A stretch of 40,960 bases of DNA, taken from sequence record SRR31156797_13057; one strand, 5' to 3'. Of this stretch, positions 29,501 to 37,244 are shown piece by piece. Under the pieces are notes generated by a model that did not search any database, had not been told where the DNA came from, and saw only the letters and a program-made list of their open reading frames with translations. The translations under genes and the position numbers were made by a program. The stretch's first letter is position 1. Each line of letters opens with the position of its first letter.

Positions 29501-30210
29501 AGTTGAACCTGCCCATCCGTGGTGAACTGAACGACCCGGATTTCCGCATCGGCGGTATTGTATTCAAGGCCATTGTTAGTCTGTTATTCAAGGCTCTGGC
29601 ATCACCATTCACCTTGATCGGCTCCATGTTCGGCGGTGGTGAAAATATGGATTTCGTCGTCTTTGAACCCGGCAGACACGAATTGGATACAGGCGGAATT
29701 GAAAAAATGGAGACCATAATCAAGGCATTAAGCGAACGTGAGAAACTTACATTGGAAGTGGACGGCGTCATTGATCCGATCGCAGACAAAACCGGCCTTA
29801 TTGAGGTCATTTTCGAAGACAAAATCAAACAACAAAAATACGACACGTTGTCCCGATCTGAACAGGCAGAAAAGAACGTGGCAGACATGGTCATAGCCCC
29901 TGAAGAATATGAAGACCTTCTGTTTGAAGCGTATGCCGACGAACCGGACGAAGAAGATATCAAACCGACCACGCTCTTCATGACCGACCGACAGCCTGTC
30001 GATGTCATGGAGAAATTCATTCGTGACCACATAATAATCACCGATGAACTACTCCATGAACTCGCCATGGCCCGAGCCAACACCGTTAAAGGGTACATCA
30101 TTGAAAAACAGCCGGCCTTGAAAGAACGCGTCTTTCTTCTCGACCGAAAGGACGATGCCAAAGGGAAAACAGGCGTCCCGGCTCACAGGGCAGACCTCGG
30201 CATCAATTAA
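26563..30210 (+). CDS. DUF748 (AsmA-like) protein with C-terminal OmpA-like region
   Basis: N-terminal TM (YTLFGFFAVPPI), IYFNPFT, repeated beta-rich units, LSLLQDGNG.MELNLPI.G.L.DPDF, KALASPF, LAMARANTVK. Confidence 0.85.
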   Translation: MLSFIDKVPYGSPKMRRVAFWILTSFIAYTLFGFFAVPPILKSVIMDQIDDGLKRPAQIEEIYFNPFTYHFEITNLKVNKLEGEGDLLSVGKAVAAPGISTLWKFAPVIAYLHLDNLQLDITFFGNGKYSISDLLGTPDAVAEETPDTPPAETAIFPFALYGFEMTNSKITFDDRPHNKKHIISDLFLRVPFTSSFTSMKKEFTQPKFTAVINGDPVELKGRTLPFDETLLTEFELGAVDIDLNQYWQYVPIKTPLQLKDGKFTSDISLFFERPDAQRLNLFLGGGGKLTNMELTDPNEKSVLSVKELAFEMERFSLGDRALILTSISLENPYFKVIRNKDNSINWAHYFPGSKMSEAGPKVKTESETDSAFVLDIRKIDIIEGAVDWEDRHVKNGFKRTFAPLSFTGTEITTAGDRPSHIKATAGKAQGIITIEGIATVQPLAASLSVTGKNLPIPAYKSYINHAQPLIVDTGVAGFSANIDFKMEDDTPSLDVTEGTASLRDISIRKPDAKKPSLGLTALDVSGAAMSLKNKTVTVADVTITGPFAKVVMGKDGQLDLGKLLIKEEEILSKTEVVETVEKTWAGGWHAEFGRILVKDGAADFLNQSLKHPANLGIKEFTLDLQALSTQKNATMPYSLSGTWTGNGSFSGQGKASITPLWSDGTIRVNGVGLRPFDGYLAEYTDLLIAKGAAFANLKYSFKGGKKPKLTITGDTALGAVSIKDTLSKNEVAGINKFEINSIAFANEPNTLSIGEIKLNEPRGLIHFDEKGRMNILRVLRVPQPPPVVEGEKAEQTTPKTLPGKATQPAENIKETPFFQSVKIGKINMTKGAVAFKDESVQPDFSTELTGMNLRLADIDQSPEARPKMEFKANIGPTPMSISGVVNPIISPIYSDLAISINGMELVPLTPYTLKSLAYPIEKGRLYADVTFKAENWVLNAENKFYIEQLVLGAKDKRPDAPNVPVEFGLSLLQDGNGNMELNLPIRGELNDPDFRIGGIVFKAIVSLLFKALASPFTLIGSMFGGGENMDFVVFEPGRHELDTGGIEKMETIIKALSEREKLTLEVDGVIDPIADKTGLIEVIFEDKIKQQKYDTLSRSEQAEKNVADMVIAPEEYEDLLFEAYADEPDEEDIKPTTLFMTDRQPVDVMEKFIRDHIIITDELLHELAMARANTVKGYIIEKQPALKERVFLLDRKDDAKGKTGVPAHRADLGIN

Positions 30211-30233
30211 CCTGTCGACTATCGAGTAAACAA

Positions 30234-30265
30234 AAAGGCCTGCTTTTACATAAAAGCAGGCCTTT
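30234..30265. terminator. Bidirectional rho-independent terminator
   Basis: aaaggcctgctttta-ca-taaaagcaggccttt perfect stem between the convergent DUF748 and moaA genes. Confidence 0.88.
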
Positions 30266-30337
30266 CATTATCATGAATATCCAAGAGGAATTATAAACTA
30301 AAACGCTCCTCTCTGGTCAACTGTCACATGGTGAAAT

Positions 30338-31342
30338 CTACCCACCGATGGAAGCCATACGAGTTTGACAAACCCCTTGCCCTGCGGGCATTTTTTTAAG
30401 TAATTCATGCCCAATGGGTTTGCTTCGATTCGCAGCACGGATAATACGCTCCACGAACTCGACACCGAGTTTGGAATTACGAAGAGCCGGACGAAGGTTA
30501 TAGACCTTGTCCGAAAAAAGACAGGTCCTGAGCAACCCGTCCGAAGTGATACGCAATCGGTTGCAGGTGGCACAAAAATGATTGGTGTAAGGAGAAATCA
30601 AGCCAATACGCCCCTTACCATTCACGATATCATACATCCGTGCAGGCCCATGCCCATGCTTGCTTCCATTAACGGACGGTCGCAATTCGGTCAGTTCACT
30701 GGCTTCATTTAAAATCTCGTCTGCGGTCCAGACAAGGTCATCCTTCCAGCCCGTTTCCGTACCCACAGGCATAAATTCGATAAACCGAAAATCAAGATTT
30801 CGCTCCGAAGCAAATTCCACGAATCCCGGCAATTCATTGTCATTAACTCCCTTCATGGCCACACTGTTAACCTTGACGGTCATTCCTGCGTCCAGACAGC
30901 GATCAATGTTTTCCCGAACCGTATGATACTCGTCCCGGCCAGTAATTTTCTCGTATTTAGCCCGATCCATGGTGTCCAGAGAGATATTCATCCGTTTCAC
31001 ACCGGCCTTGGCAAGGTGCTCAACATGATCACCGATCAATGTGGCGTTGGTTGTCACGCACATGTCGACCTCGGGAAAACGCTGGGCCGCTTTCATCATG
31101 AATTCCGCGAAACCTTTTCTGACAAAAGGTTCGCCACCGGTAAAACGAACCTTTTCAACGCCAAATTCCTCGGCCAATGAAATGAGATCCAGAATCTCTT
31201 CGTATCGCAGGATGTCGGGATGAGGAATGAATTCCATTCCTTCCCCGGCGCAATAGGTACACCGAAGATTACAACGGTCCGTGACACTGATGCGCATGTA
31301 GCTGGCCGTACGGCCATGACTGTCTTGAATGGGAGCGTGCAT
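30338..31342 (-). CDS. moaA: GTP 3',8-cyclase (molybdenum cofactor biosynthesis)
   Basis: YMRISVTDRCNLRCTYC radical-SAM motif, TGGEP, RFIEFMP, FCATCNRLRITSDG..RTCL, C-terminal MASIGG. Confidence 0.96.
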   Translation of the reverse strand: MHAPIQDSHGRTASYMRISVTDRCNLRCTYCAGEGMEFIPHPDILRYEEILDLISLAEEFGVEKVRFTGGEPFVRKGFAEFMMKAAQRFPEVDMCVTTNATLIGDHVEHLAKAGVKRMNISLDTMDRAKYEKITGRDEYHTVRENIDRCLDAGMTVKVNSVAMKGVNDNELPGFVEFASERNLDFRFIEFMPVGTETGWKDDLVWTADEILNEASELTELRPSVNGSKHGHGPARMYDIVNGKGRIGLISPYTNHFCATCNRLRITSDGLLRTCLFSDKVYNLRPALRNSKLGVEFVERIIRAANRSKPIGHELLKKMPAGQGVCQTRMASIGG

Positions 31343-31351
31343 GGAATTTCC

Positions 31352-31714
31352 TCAGGCAAAAATCTCTTTCTTGGTAACAGCTTCTGCCTTGACCCTATCA
31401 AGGAAGTCAGCAAGGGCTGCTTTCACGTTTTCACGAATATCACCGGCCACGATCAAAAACAGTACATCGTCACCGGGCTGCATACGGCCCGACAAGGCGA
31501 ATGCCTTCGCTCTAAAGATACCTTCGTAGGCTTCGATTGCCGTACGAATTTCCTCAATCTTTCCCAGATCAGGTGTCACTTCAATGGCTGTCACTTCACT
31601 CCGATCCTTACGAGACCAGCCGCGCACAATACCGTTATGAACGAGTACCATTCCCACGTTATCGGCAAAACCGGGTTCTTTTTTCAGATCTTCAAGTGCT
31701 TTGTTAATATCCAT
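31352..31714 (-). CDS. moaE: Molybdopterin synthase catalytic subunit MoaE-family protein (short form)
   Basis: GMVLVHNGIVRG, G.MQPGD, VAGDIRE, DRVKAEAVTKKE; adjacent to moaA. Confidence 0.82.
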   Translation of the reverse strand: MDINKALEDLKKEPGFADNVGMVLVHNGIVRGWSRKDRSEVTAIEVTPDLGKIEEIRTAIEAYEGIFRAKAFALSGRMQPGDDVLFLIVAGDIRENVKAALADFLDRVKAEAVTKKEIFA

Positions 31715-32024
31715 GGCATACTCCTTTTTTGATCATAGGATGTTCTCTTCGCGACGGTATGCCTTGCGGCCTTTGACCACAAGGCATTTCCTTTTACCCC
31801 CGGTCAGACACCGTACCCTTTAAAGGGATAAAAATAATACCAGCACGAGAGGAAAAGCGTATACATACAGCATGCGATAAAATTTCACCGCATACCGTTT
31901 TTTCTCATCGGAGCCGTCACTGCTGCATCCTCACGACCGCGACCAGTGCGGTCCGTCGGCCAACGCCCTCCACTGCCCTGGTCGACAAAAAAGGACAGCT
32001 TGATGTGGCTGTGGCATAGGGCAT

Positions 32025-32085
32025 GGGACCAGGGTCAGCTTCCGGAAAACTCTTTCCATCCGGGACCGCCTGGTCCCTGCTTTTT
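32025..32085 (+). terminator. Extended stem-loop with plus-strand T-tract
   Basis: gggaccagg...cctggtccc outer stem, inner ccgga/tccgg stem, followed by tgcttttt. Confidence 0.55.
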
Positions 32086-32116
32086 ACTCATCAAAAAAAC
32101 TTTCTATTCAAACCAA

Positions 32117-32965
32117 TTACAAAGACCCAAGGCCGCTGAGCACCTCATCAATAAGAACTCGCGGAGTGGATGCTCCAGCAGTAACCCCTACCCGGGAATA
32201 GCCCGCCAAATCCTTTAACGGCAGTTCACTGAATATTTCGACGTGCTTGCATGGAGTTCCAGCATCGGAAACAACCTGAGCCAATCGACGAGTATTGCCA
32301 CTGTTGTATCCACCGACGACAACCATGAAATCAACTTCGGAAGCAAGCTTTTTGGCTTCAGCCTGCCTGAGCTTGGTAGCGTCACAAATGGTATTAAGTA
32401 CGGTCACTTCGACATCTTCATCCAAAGACAACCGCTCGGCTATTTGGTCAAACAACACCCGATCCTGTGTGGTCTGTGCGGCCAAAACATATTTTTTATC
32501 TTTAACCAGCTCGTACTGCTCAAGTTCTTCAGGAGAACCAAATACAAAATGTCCGTTGCCTGCATAACTGACCAAGCCGGCGACTTCTGCGTGATCTGCT
32601 TCACCATACAACAAAAGAATAGAATCCTCATCTGTATGACGCGCTATAAGCAATTGCGCTTTTTTGACCCGAGGGCATGTGGCGTCCTTGATATGCACAT
32701 CGCGGACCTTGAGTCCTTCCTCGACCTGCCGAGTAATGCCGTGAGCGCGAATGACAACATATGCGCCACTGGGGACTTCCTCGGGGGTATCCACCATGAC
32801 CACACCTTTTTCGGCGTACTGCTTGAGCACCTGAGGATTATGGATAATAGGCCCCAAAATATAGATGGGGCGCCCATCCGCATTGGCAATCAAATCATCC
32901 AACCGCGTCAACGCGAGATCCACTCCCATACAGAAACCGGCTGTTTCAGCCAAAACAACGTCCAC
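32117..32965 (-). CDS. ispH: 4-hydroxy-3-methylbut-2-enyl diphosphate reductase
   Basis: AGFCMGV, IIHNP, IRAHG, DATCP, AQTT, TICDAT..RQ, VGGYNSGNT, TAGASTP. GTG start with AAGGAG RBS. Confidence 0.96.
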   Translation of the reverse strand: MDVVLAETAGFCMGVDLALTRLDDLIANADGRPIYILGPIIHNPQVLKQYAEKGVVMVDTPEEVPSGAYVVIRAHGITRQVEEGLKVRDVHIKDATCPRVKKAQLLIARHTDEDSILLLYGEADHAEVAGLVSYAGNGHFVFGSPEELEQYELVKDKKYVLAAQTTQDRVLFDQIAERLSLDEDVEVTVLNTICDATKLRQAEAKKLASEVDFMVVVGGYNSGNTRRLAQVVSDAGTPCKHVEIFSELPLKDLAGYSRVGVTAGASTPRVLIDEVLSGLGSL

Positions 32966-33054
32966 AATCTACTCCTTGACTCACAATATGCTGTATCCGA
33001 CACAATCTCGTCGGCAAAATACTCTTGACTTACACCCTGTATTTGCTATGGAAA

Positions 33055-33072
33055 TTAAAACAACTGTTTCAA
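33055..33072. promoter_or_regulatory. Putative TetR autoregulatory operator
   Basis: Imperfect palindrome TTAAAACA-AC-TGTTTCAA, downstream of a TTGACT -35-like hexamer (33025) and about 40 bp before the regulator ATG. Confidence 0.45.
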
Positions 33073-33111
33073 GCAATCCGAACTCAAATTCGTCAAACAG
33101 ATAATAAAGAT

Positions 33112-33738
33112 ATGAACGAACCACAAGACGTCAACACCAAAGCAGCACTTTTGTCCGCAGCCATTGAAGTTTTTGCAGACAAAGGCTTCGACTCGGCAAC
33201 CGTACGAGACATATGCGGTCGCGCCAAAGCCAATGTCGCCGCAGTCAATTATCATTATGGCAGCAAAAACGGCCTATATGCTGCTGTGTTGGAAGAAATC
33301 TTCCCCAAAGGTGAAGATTGGGAAAAGATAAGTAGTGATTCTTTGCAACCCGAAGAAAGACTGCATGAATTCGTTCGAGGTCTCATTGCAGAAATATACC
33401 GAATGGGCAATGGTATGACCTCACACAGATGGTCGATTTTTCTGCGGGAAATGGCCAAACCGAGTAAACATCTCGACTTCATCGTCCGCCGACAGGTTCA
33501 AGCGCGCGCCAACGAGCTACGCCAAATCATGAAAGACATCATGGGACCAGACACCCCTGAAATGACTATGGCCTTTTGCAGTGCCAACGTCTGGGCCTTA
33601 ATACTCGACCAACTGCTCATCCAGCCTATTTTGGAACGGTTGACGCCGAACCGGCCAAGCATGGACGAAAACATCGACGCATTCATTGACCATGTCGTTA
33701 AATTTTCACTCGGCGGCATCAATGCCGTCAAGCAATAG
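33112..33738 (+). CDS. TetR-family transcriptional regulator (CecR/YbiH-like C-terminal domain)
   Basis: TKAALLSAAIEVFADKGF..ATVRDIC.RAKANVAAVNYHYGSK HTH; REMAKP and HVVKFSLGGI in the C-terminal domain. Confidence 0.9.
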   Translation: MNEPQDVNTKAALLSAAIEVFADKGFDSATVRDICGRAKANVAAVNYHYGSKNGLYAAVLEEIFPKGEDWEKISSDSLQPEERLHEFVRGLIAEIYRMGNGMTSHRWSIFLREMAKPSKHLDFIVRRQVQARANELRQIMKDIMGPDTPEMTMAFCSANVWALILDQLLIQPILERLTPNRPSMDENIDAFIDHVVKFSLGGINAVKQ

Positions 33739-33806
33739 CACGTTAGGAAGCAGCCTTCCGGGTCCACCCTCCCACTACGAGACCCGACTTCCTGCCTCCT
33801 TTCCCC

Positions 33807-33848
33807 CAGGTCGGAAAGACGCATCCCTTGATGTTTCTTTCCGACCTG
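33807..33848. other. Strong intergenic stem-loop between the TetR and glutaminyl cyclase genes
   Basis: caggtcggaaaga...tctttccgacctg perfect 13-bp arms, with no clear U-tract. Confidence 0.6.
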
Positions 33849-33871
33849 CCATTCGCAAGGATGACTATTCA

Positions 33872-34648
33872 ATGCGCAAAGCGACTTTCATACTCTTCTT
33901 TTTTTTATCCTTTCTGGTCTGCACGACAATAGTCTATGCCGAAACAGAAACTCTCCCTTGCACACTCATTATGAAATTCCCACACAATCCGGCGGCATCC
34001 ACGCAAGGACTTTTTTTTCATGAAGGGACACTCTATGAGTCATCTGGGGGCTATGGGCGGTCTTTTCTGGCAAAAGTCGATCTGAAAACAGGACGCCATT
34101 TGCAAACCGTCCCGTTGAAAAAAACGTACTTCGCCGAGGGCATGGCCCCGTTTGAAGACTCGTTCCGTTTGCTCACATGGCGCTCAGGCACAGGGTTTAT
34201 CTATGGCCTGATTGACATGAAAAAACGCACATCTTTCGCGTATCGTAAACAATCCGAAATGACAGAGGGATGGGGACTGACCTTTGACGGGACACACTTC
34301 ATCCTCTCTTCCGGCACAGACACCTTGCGCTTTCATGCACCTAAAGACTTCACCCTGACAAAGACAGTCACCGTCACAGATAACAACATGCCGGTCAGAC
34401 TCCTCAATGAGCTTGAGTACGTAAACGGATTGCTCTACGCGAACATATGGAAATCCGACATAATGGTAATCATCGACCCGAAATCGGGTCTGGTTCAAGG
34501 ACGAATCGATCTGTCCCCCCTGAGAGAACGACTTTCAGAAGACAGCGGTGTAGCCAACGGTATTGCCTTCAACGCGCAAACAGGTCGACTGTACGTCACG
34601 GGCAAGCATTGGAATAAATTATTTGAGATTGAAATCCCAAAATTCTAA
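33872..34648 (+). CDS. Glutaminyl-peptide cyclotransferase (type II, beta-propeller), exported
   Basis: Signal peptide; TQGL, LYESSGGYG, YFAEG, LTW, EGWGLT, LNELEY, YANIW, GVANGIAF, LYVTGKHW. Confidence 0.92.
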   Translation: MRKATFILFFFLSFLVCTTIVYAETETLPCTLIMKFPHNPAASTQGLFFHEGTLYESSGGYGRSFLAKVDLKTGRHLQTVPLKKTYFAEGMAPFEDSFRLLTWRSGTGFIYGLIDMKKRTSFAYRKQSEMTEGWGLTFDGTHFILSSGTDTLRFHAPKDFTLTKTVTVTDNNMPVRLLNELEYVNGLLYANIWKSDIMVIIDPKSGLVQGRIDLSPLRERLSEDSGVANGIAFNAQTGRLYVTGKHWNKLFEIEIPKF

Positions 34649-34699
34649 AAGAAACCGACAGCTAACGGTATCATAGAGACTTGTCGTGATGTTTGTGAG

Positions 34700-34805
34700 A
34701 GTGATGCAGGTCCTCGACGAAAAGGTTTACGTTTCCCACAGCCGTACTCCAGTACGGCGAGGACAGACGCAACTTTTCCAACCACGAAGATATGCCGCTA
34801 TCGAA
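34700..34805. repeat. Palindromic REP/MITE-like intergenic element
   Basis: Perfect core hairpin gccgtact-cc-agtacggc (34741-34758) inside imperfect arms gaaaagg.ttacgt / acgcaacttttc, between convergent genes. Only one copy is in this window and the boundaries are approximate. Confidence 0.45.
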
Positions 34806-34812
34806 AACCTAG

Positions 34813-35595
34813 TTACACAACCTTCCGATAGGACCACCATATCCAACCAACACCGAAAAGGATCATGGGCATACACAACAACTGCCCCATGGACATCCAG
34901 TTTAAGGCGATAAAACCGAGATGCCTGTCAGGTTCGCGCGCGAATTCCACAAGGAAGCGAAAACACCCGTAACCGAGCAGAAACAACGCCCCAACGCATC
35001 CCTTGGGACGCGGCTTGGAAGAATACCACCAGACCACAGCAAAAAGGACGAGTCCTTCGAGAGCTGCTTCATAAAGTTGTGAAGGGTGACGAGGCAATCC
35101 TCCCGCGCCGGGAAAAGGCATGGCCCAAGGCAAATCTGTATAGCGGCCCCACAATTCAGCATTAATGAAATTACCGATACGTCCAAAGAAAAGCCCGGGA
35201 GGCACCAATGGGGACACGAAATCACCCAATTCCATAAAGGTCATGTTATTGGCGCGACCAAACAACCATATGGCCACCAGCACACCAAGCATACCGCCAT
35301 GAAATGACATACCGCCTTCCCATACCGCAAAAATCTTGAGTGGGTTGGAAAAATAGAAACTCGCGTTGTAAAACAAAACATAACCGATACGCCCACCGAG
35401 CACGACACCAAGTATGGCCCAAGTGATAAAATCATCCATGAGCTTGGGCGTCATTTTGTTCCACGGTTTGGTCGCTCTGTATCGACCGAGCAGCCAGCCG
35501 GACAGGATGCCGAAGACATACATCATGCCATACCAGCGAAGCTCAAGCGGCCCTATGGACACCATGGTCGGATCGAATTGTGGATATTCCAGCAT
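34813..35595 (-). CDS. lgt: Prolipoprotein diacylglyceryl transferase
   Basis: RWYGMMY, LGGRIGYVLFY, WEGGMSFHGG, GRIGNFINAELWGR, RHPSQLYE, RFLVEFAREPD, SMGQ. GGAGAG RBS before 35595. Confidence 0.97.
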   Translation of the reverse strand: MLEYPQFDPTMVSIGPLELRWYGMMYVFGILSGWLLGRYRATKPWNKMTPKLMDDFITWAILGVVLGGRIGYVLFYNASFYFSNPLKIFAVWEGGMSFHGGMLGVLVAIWLFGRANNMTFMELGDFVSPLVPPGLFFGRIGNFINAELWGRYTDLPWAMPFPGAGGLPRHPSQLYEAALEGLVLFAVVWWYSSKPRPKGCVGALFLLGYGCFRFLVEFAREPDRHLGFIALNWMSMGQLLCMPMILFGVGWIWWSYRKVV

Positions 35596-35714
35596 AAATG
35601 TGCTCTCCGTATGCGGTATGTCTCTTTGTTTTCTTCTGAAATTCAGGTACACTCGCGTGCAATCGACAGGGTGTCTCTTTTTTTATCGCCCCGTCAACCC
35701 AAAAGCGTACCACC

Positions 35715-36461
35715 ATGGAAAAGCCTCAGGAACTTGATATACTGGAGATGCCCGTCGAGGGATTGGCCGCCTATTGGTTGTCCATTAAAAAGATAATGGA
35801 TGCCAAAAAAGGCCGTGCCATTTTGGATGAAGAGATCGCCAACACTGTTGAGCCGTTCATTCTGCATCTGCTTGAAACGGCATTTTCCAATCTCGACATT
35901 CCATTAATCCGCCGTCTGACCCAGGCCAAACGAGAAATTCAGCTCGACGATTATCGCACTAAAATAGATCTTATGCGTCTCGCCATATATGCCATCGCAT
36001 CCGGCGAGAATCCACGTATAACATTGGTACGGATGGATTCCAAATTCGCCCACCCGCTCATGACCGAAGACCGAGCTTTCGACATGGCCACCGCCATGTT
36101 TGACGCCATCAGGCCAAGAGGCGTCAATCTCGACACACTGTTGTCCGTGGATCACAAGCTCCAAGCTGACAGATTGTTGGTGAAGTTGCTGTTCTTTGTC
36201 ATGTTCGCACGGCGCGAAGGCCGACAAAATCTGGAACAATTCATTCCACACACGGGGTCTCGATTCTTTTCCGAAGGCGTGTCTCTGGCCATCGACAATT
36301 TCGAAGCGGACTTTCTGACCTACCACATGAAAGGTATCAGAGATCGAGTGCTGGTGGAAACAGGACGCAAGATGGACATGGCCATGGAAATGGCCCTCGC
36401 AATACGTAACAAATATGCTTACGACGACATTTTCCGCATAGCCAGGGCGTATATGCCCTGA
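35715..36461 (+). CDS. Soluble hypothetical protein resembling two tandem MotA/PomA cytoplasmic domains without TM helices
   Basis: Repeat 1: KKGRAILDEE...EPFILHLLE...KIDLMRLAIYAIASGENPRI. Repeat 2: ARREGRQNLE...RFFSEGVSLAIDN...KMDMAMEMALAI. No membrane-length hydrophobic segment. The ORF itself is well supported; the MotA resemblance is by eye. Confidence 0.65.
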   Translation: MEKPQELDILEMPVEGLAAYWLSIKKIMDAKKGRAILDEEIANTVEPFILHLLETAFSNLDIPLIRRLTQAKREIQLDDYRTKIDLMRLAIYAIASGENPRITLVRMDSKFAHPLMTEDRAFDMATAMFDAIRPRGVNLDTLLSVDHKLQADRLLVKLLFFVMFARREGRQNLEQFIPHTGSRFFSEGVSLAIDNFEADFLTYHMKGIRDRVLVETGRKMDMAMEMALAIRNKYAYDDIFRIARAYMP

Positions 36462-36478
36462 CCCAAAAGGAGTACTAT

Positions 36479-37141
36479 ATGCATAGAATTACCATAATCA
36501 CTCTGACTGCAATCCTGTTGTTTGCCACCGTTGCCTCAGCACAGGGCTGGAGGTCGGTCCAGAACGGTGACAAAAATTTCGAACGCGCATGGCGTACCTA
36601 CACAACCCAACAGACAGCCAAGGCTGAAGGGTATTTTGTCAGGGCGGCAGATGCATATGGCGACGCCCTCAAAGCTGATCCTCCGAGCAGAACAACCCGC
36701 TTCCCTTCTACTCTGGCCAAAGCTGGCATCTCCTTTTATTCTGCAAAGCGCTATCAGGAATGCATAGACACCATGAAAATCACACTGACCAGAGACAAGC
36801 GCATGTGGGAACCCGCCCTCTATACGGCCTTGTCATACGCCCGGCTTGGAGATTCCGAAAACACGGTCAAGACATTACAAACCTTTGTCACAGCCCTTTC
36901 CTCCCAACGAATCATAAGCGATGCCGCATCATTGCAAATCAAATCTTTGGAAACGGGTAAGACAACTCTCGACGACGTGGCTGACACGCTGGATGCCGCC
37001 ACACAAAAACAGTTCATTGAAAACATCAGCCGAAACAACAGTCCCAGAGATGTTGGCCTGACCGCCGAACGCTGCAACGGCGCATACTGGTGGCGCAGAA
37101 ACATGGCGCCATGTCACTCTTCAGGCATCGTGTCTGATTAA
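36479..37141 (+). CDS. Secreted TPR-like helical protein
   Basis: Signal peptide ..VASA|Q, TPR-like helices (LAKAGISFY..KRYQECI; PALYTALSYARLG), C-terminal C..YWWR...C. AAGGAG RBS. Confidence 0.7.
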   Translation: MHRITIITLTAILLFATVASAQGWRSVQNGDKNFERAWRTYTTQQTAKAEGYFVRAADAYGDALKADPPSRTTRFPSTLAKAGISFYSAKRYQECIDTMKITLTRDKRMWEPALYTALSYARLGDSENTVKTLQTFVTALSSQRIISDAASLQIKSLETGKTTLDDVADTLDAATQKQFIENISRNNSPRDVGLTAERCNGAYWWRRNMAPCHSSGIVSD

Positions 37142-37244
37142 CAACAAACACCTATTGAAAATCATATTAAGCGGAACCAAGGCTTGACGAACGGGCTGTA
37201 ATGTACAACCATCGCGCAACTTCAAACAGCAAAGTACTGCACAA

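Noticed and set aside
31855-31880. Possible ModE/TunR-type operator upstream of moaE
   Set aside because: The palindromy is too weak to match a consensus I can state reliably.
35715-36461. Annotation as motA or a motA pseudogene
   Set aside because: There are no TM helices, no motB, no frameshift or stop, and the motifs are duplicated, so it looks like an intact distinct protein.
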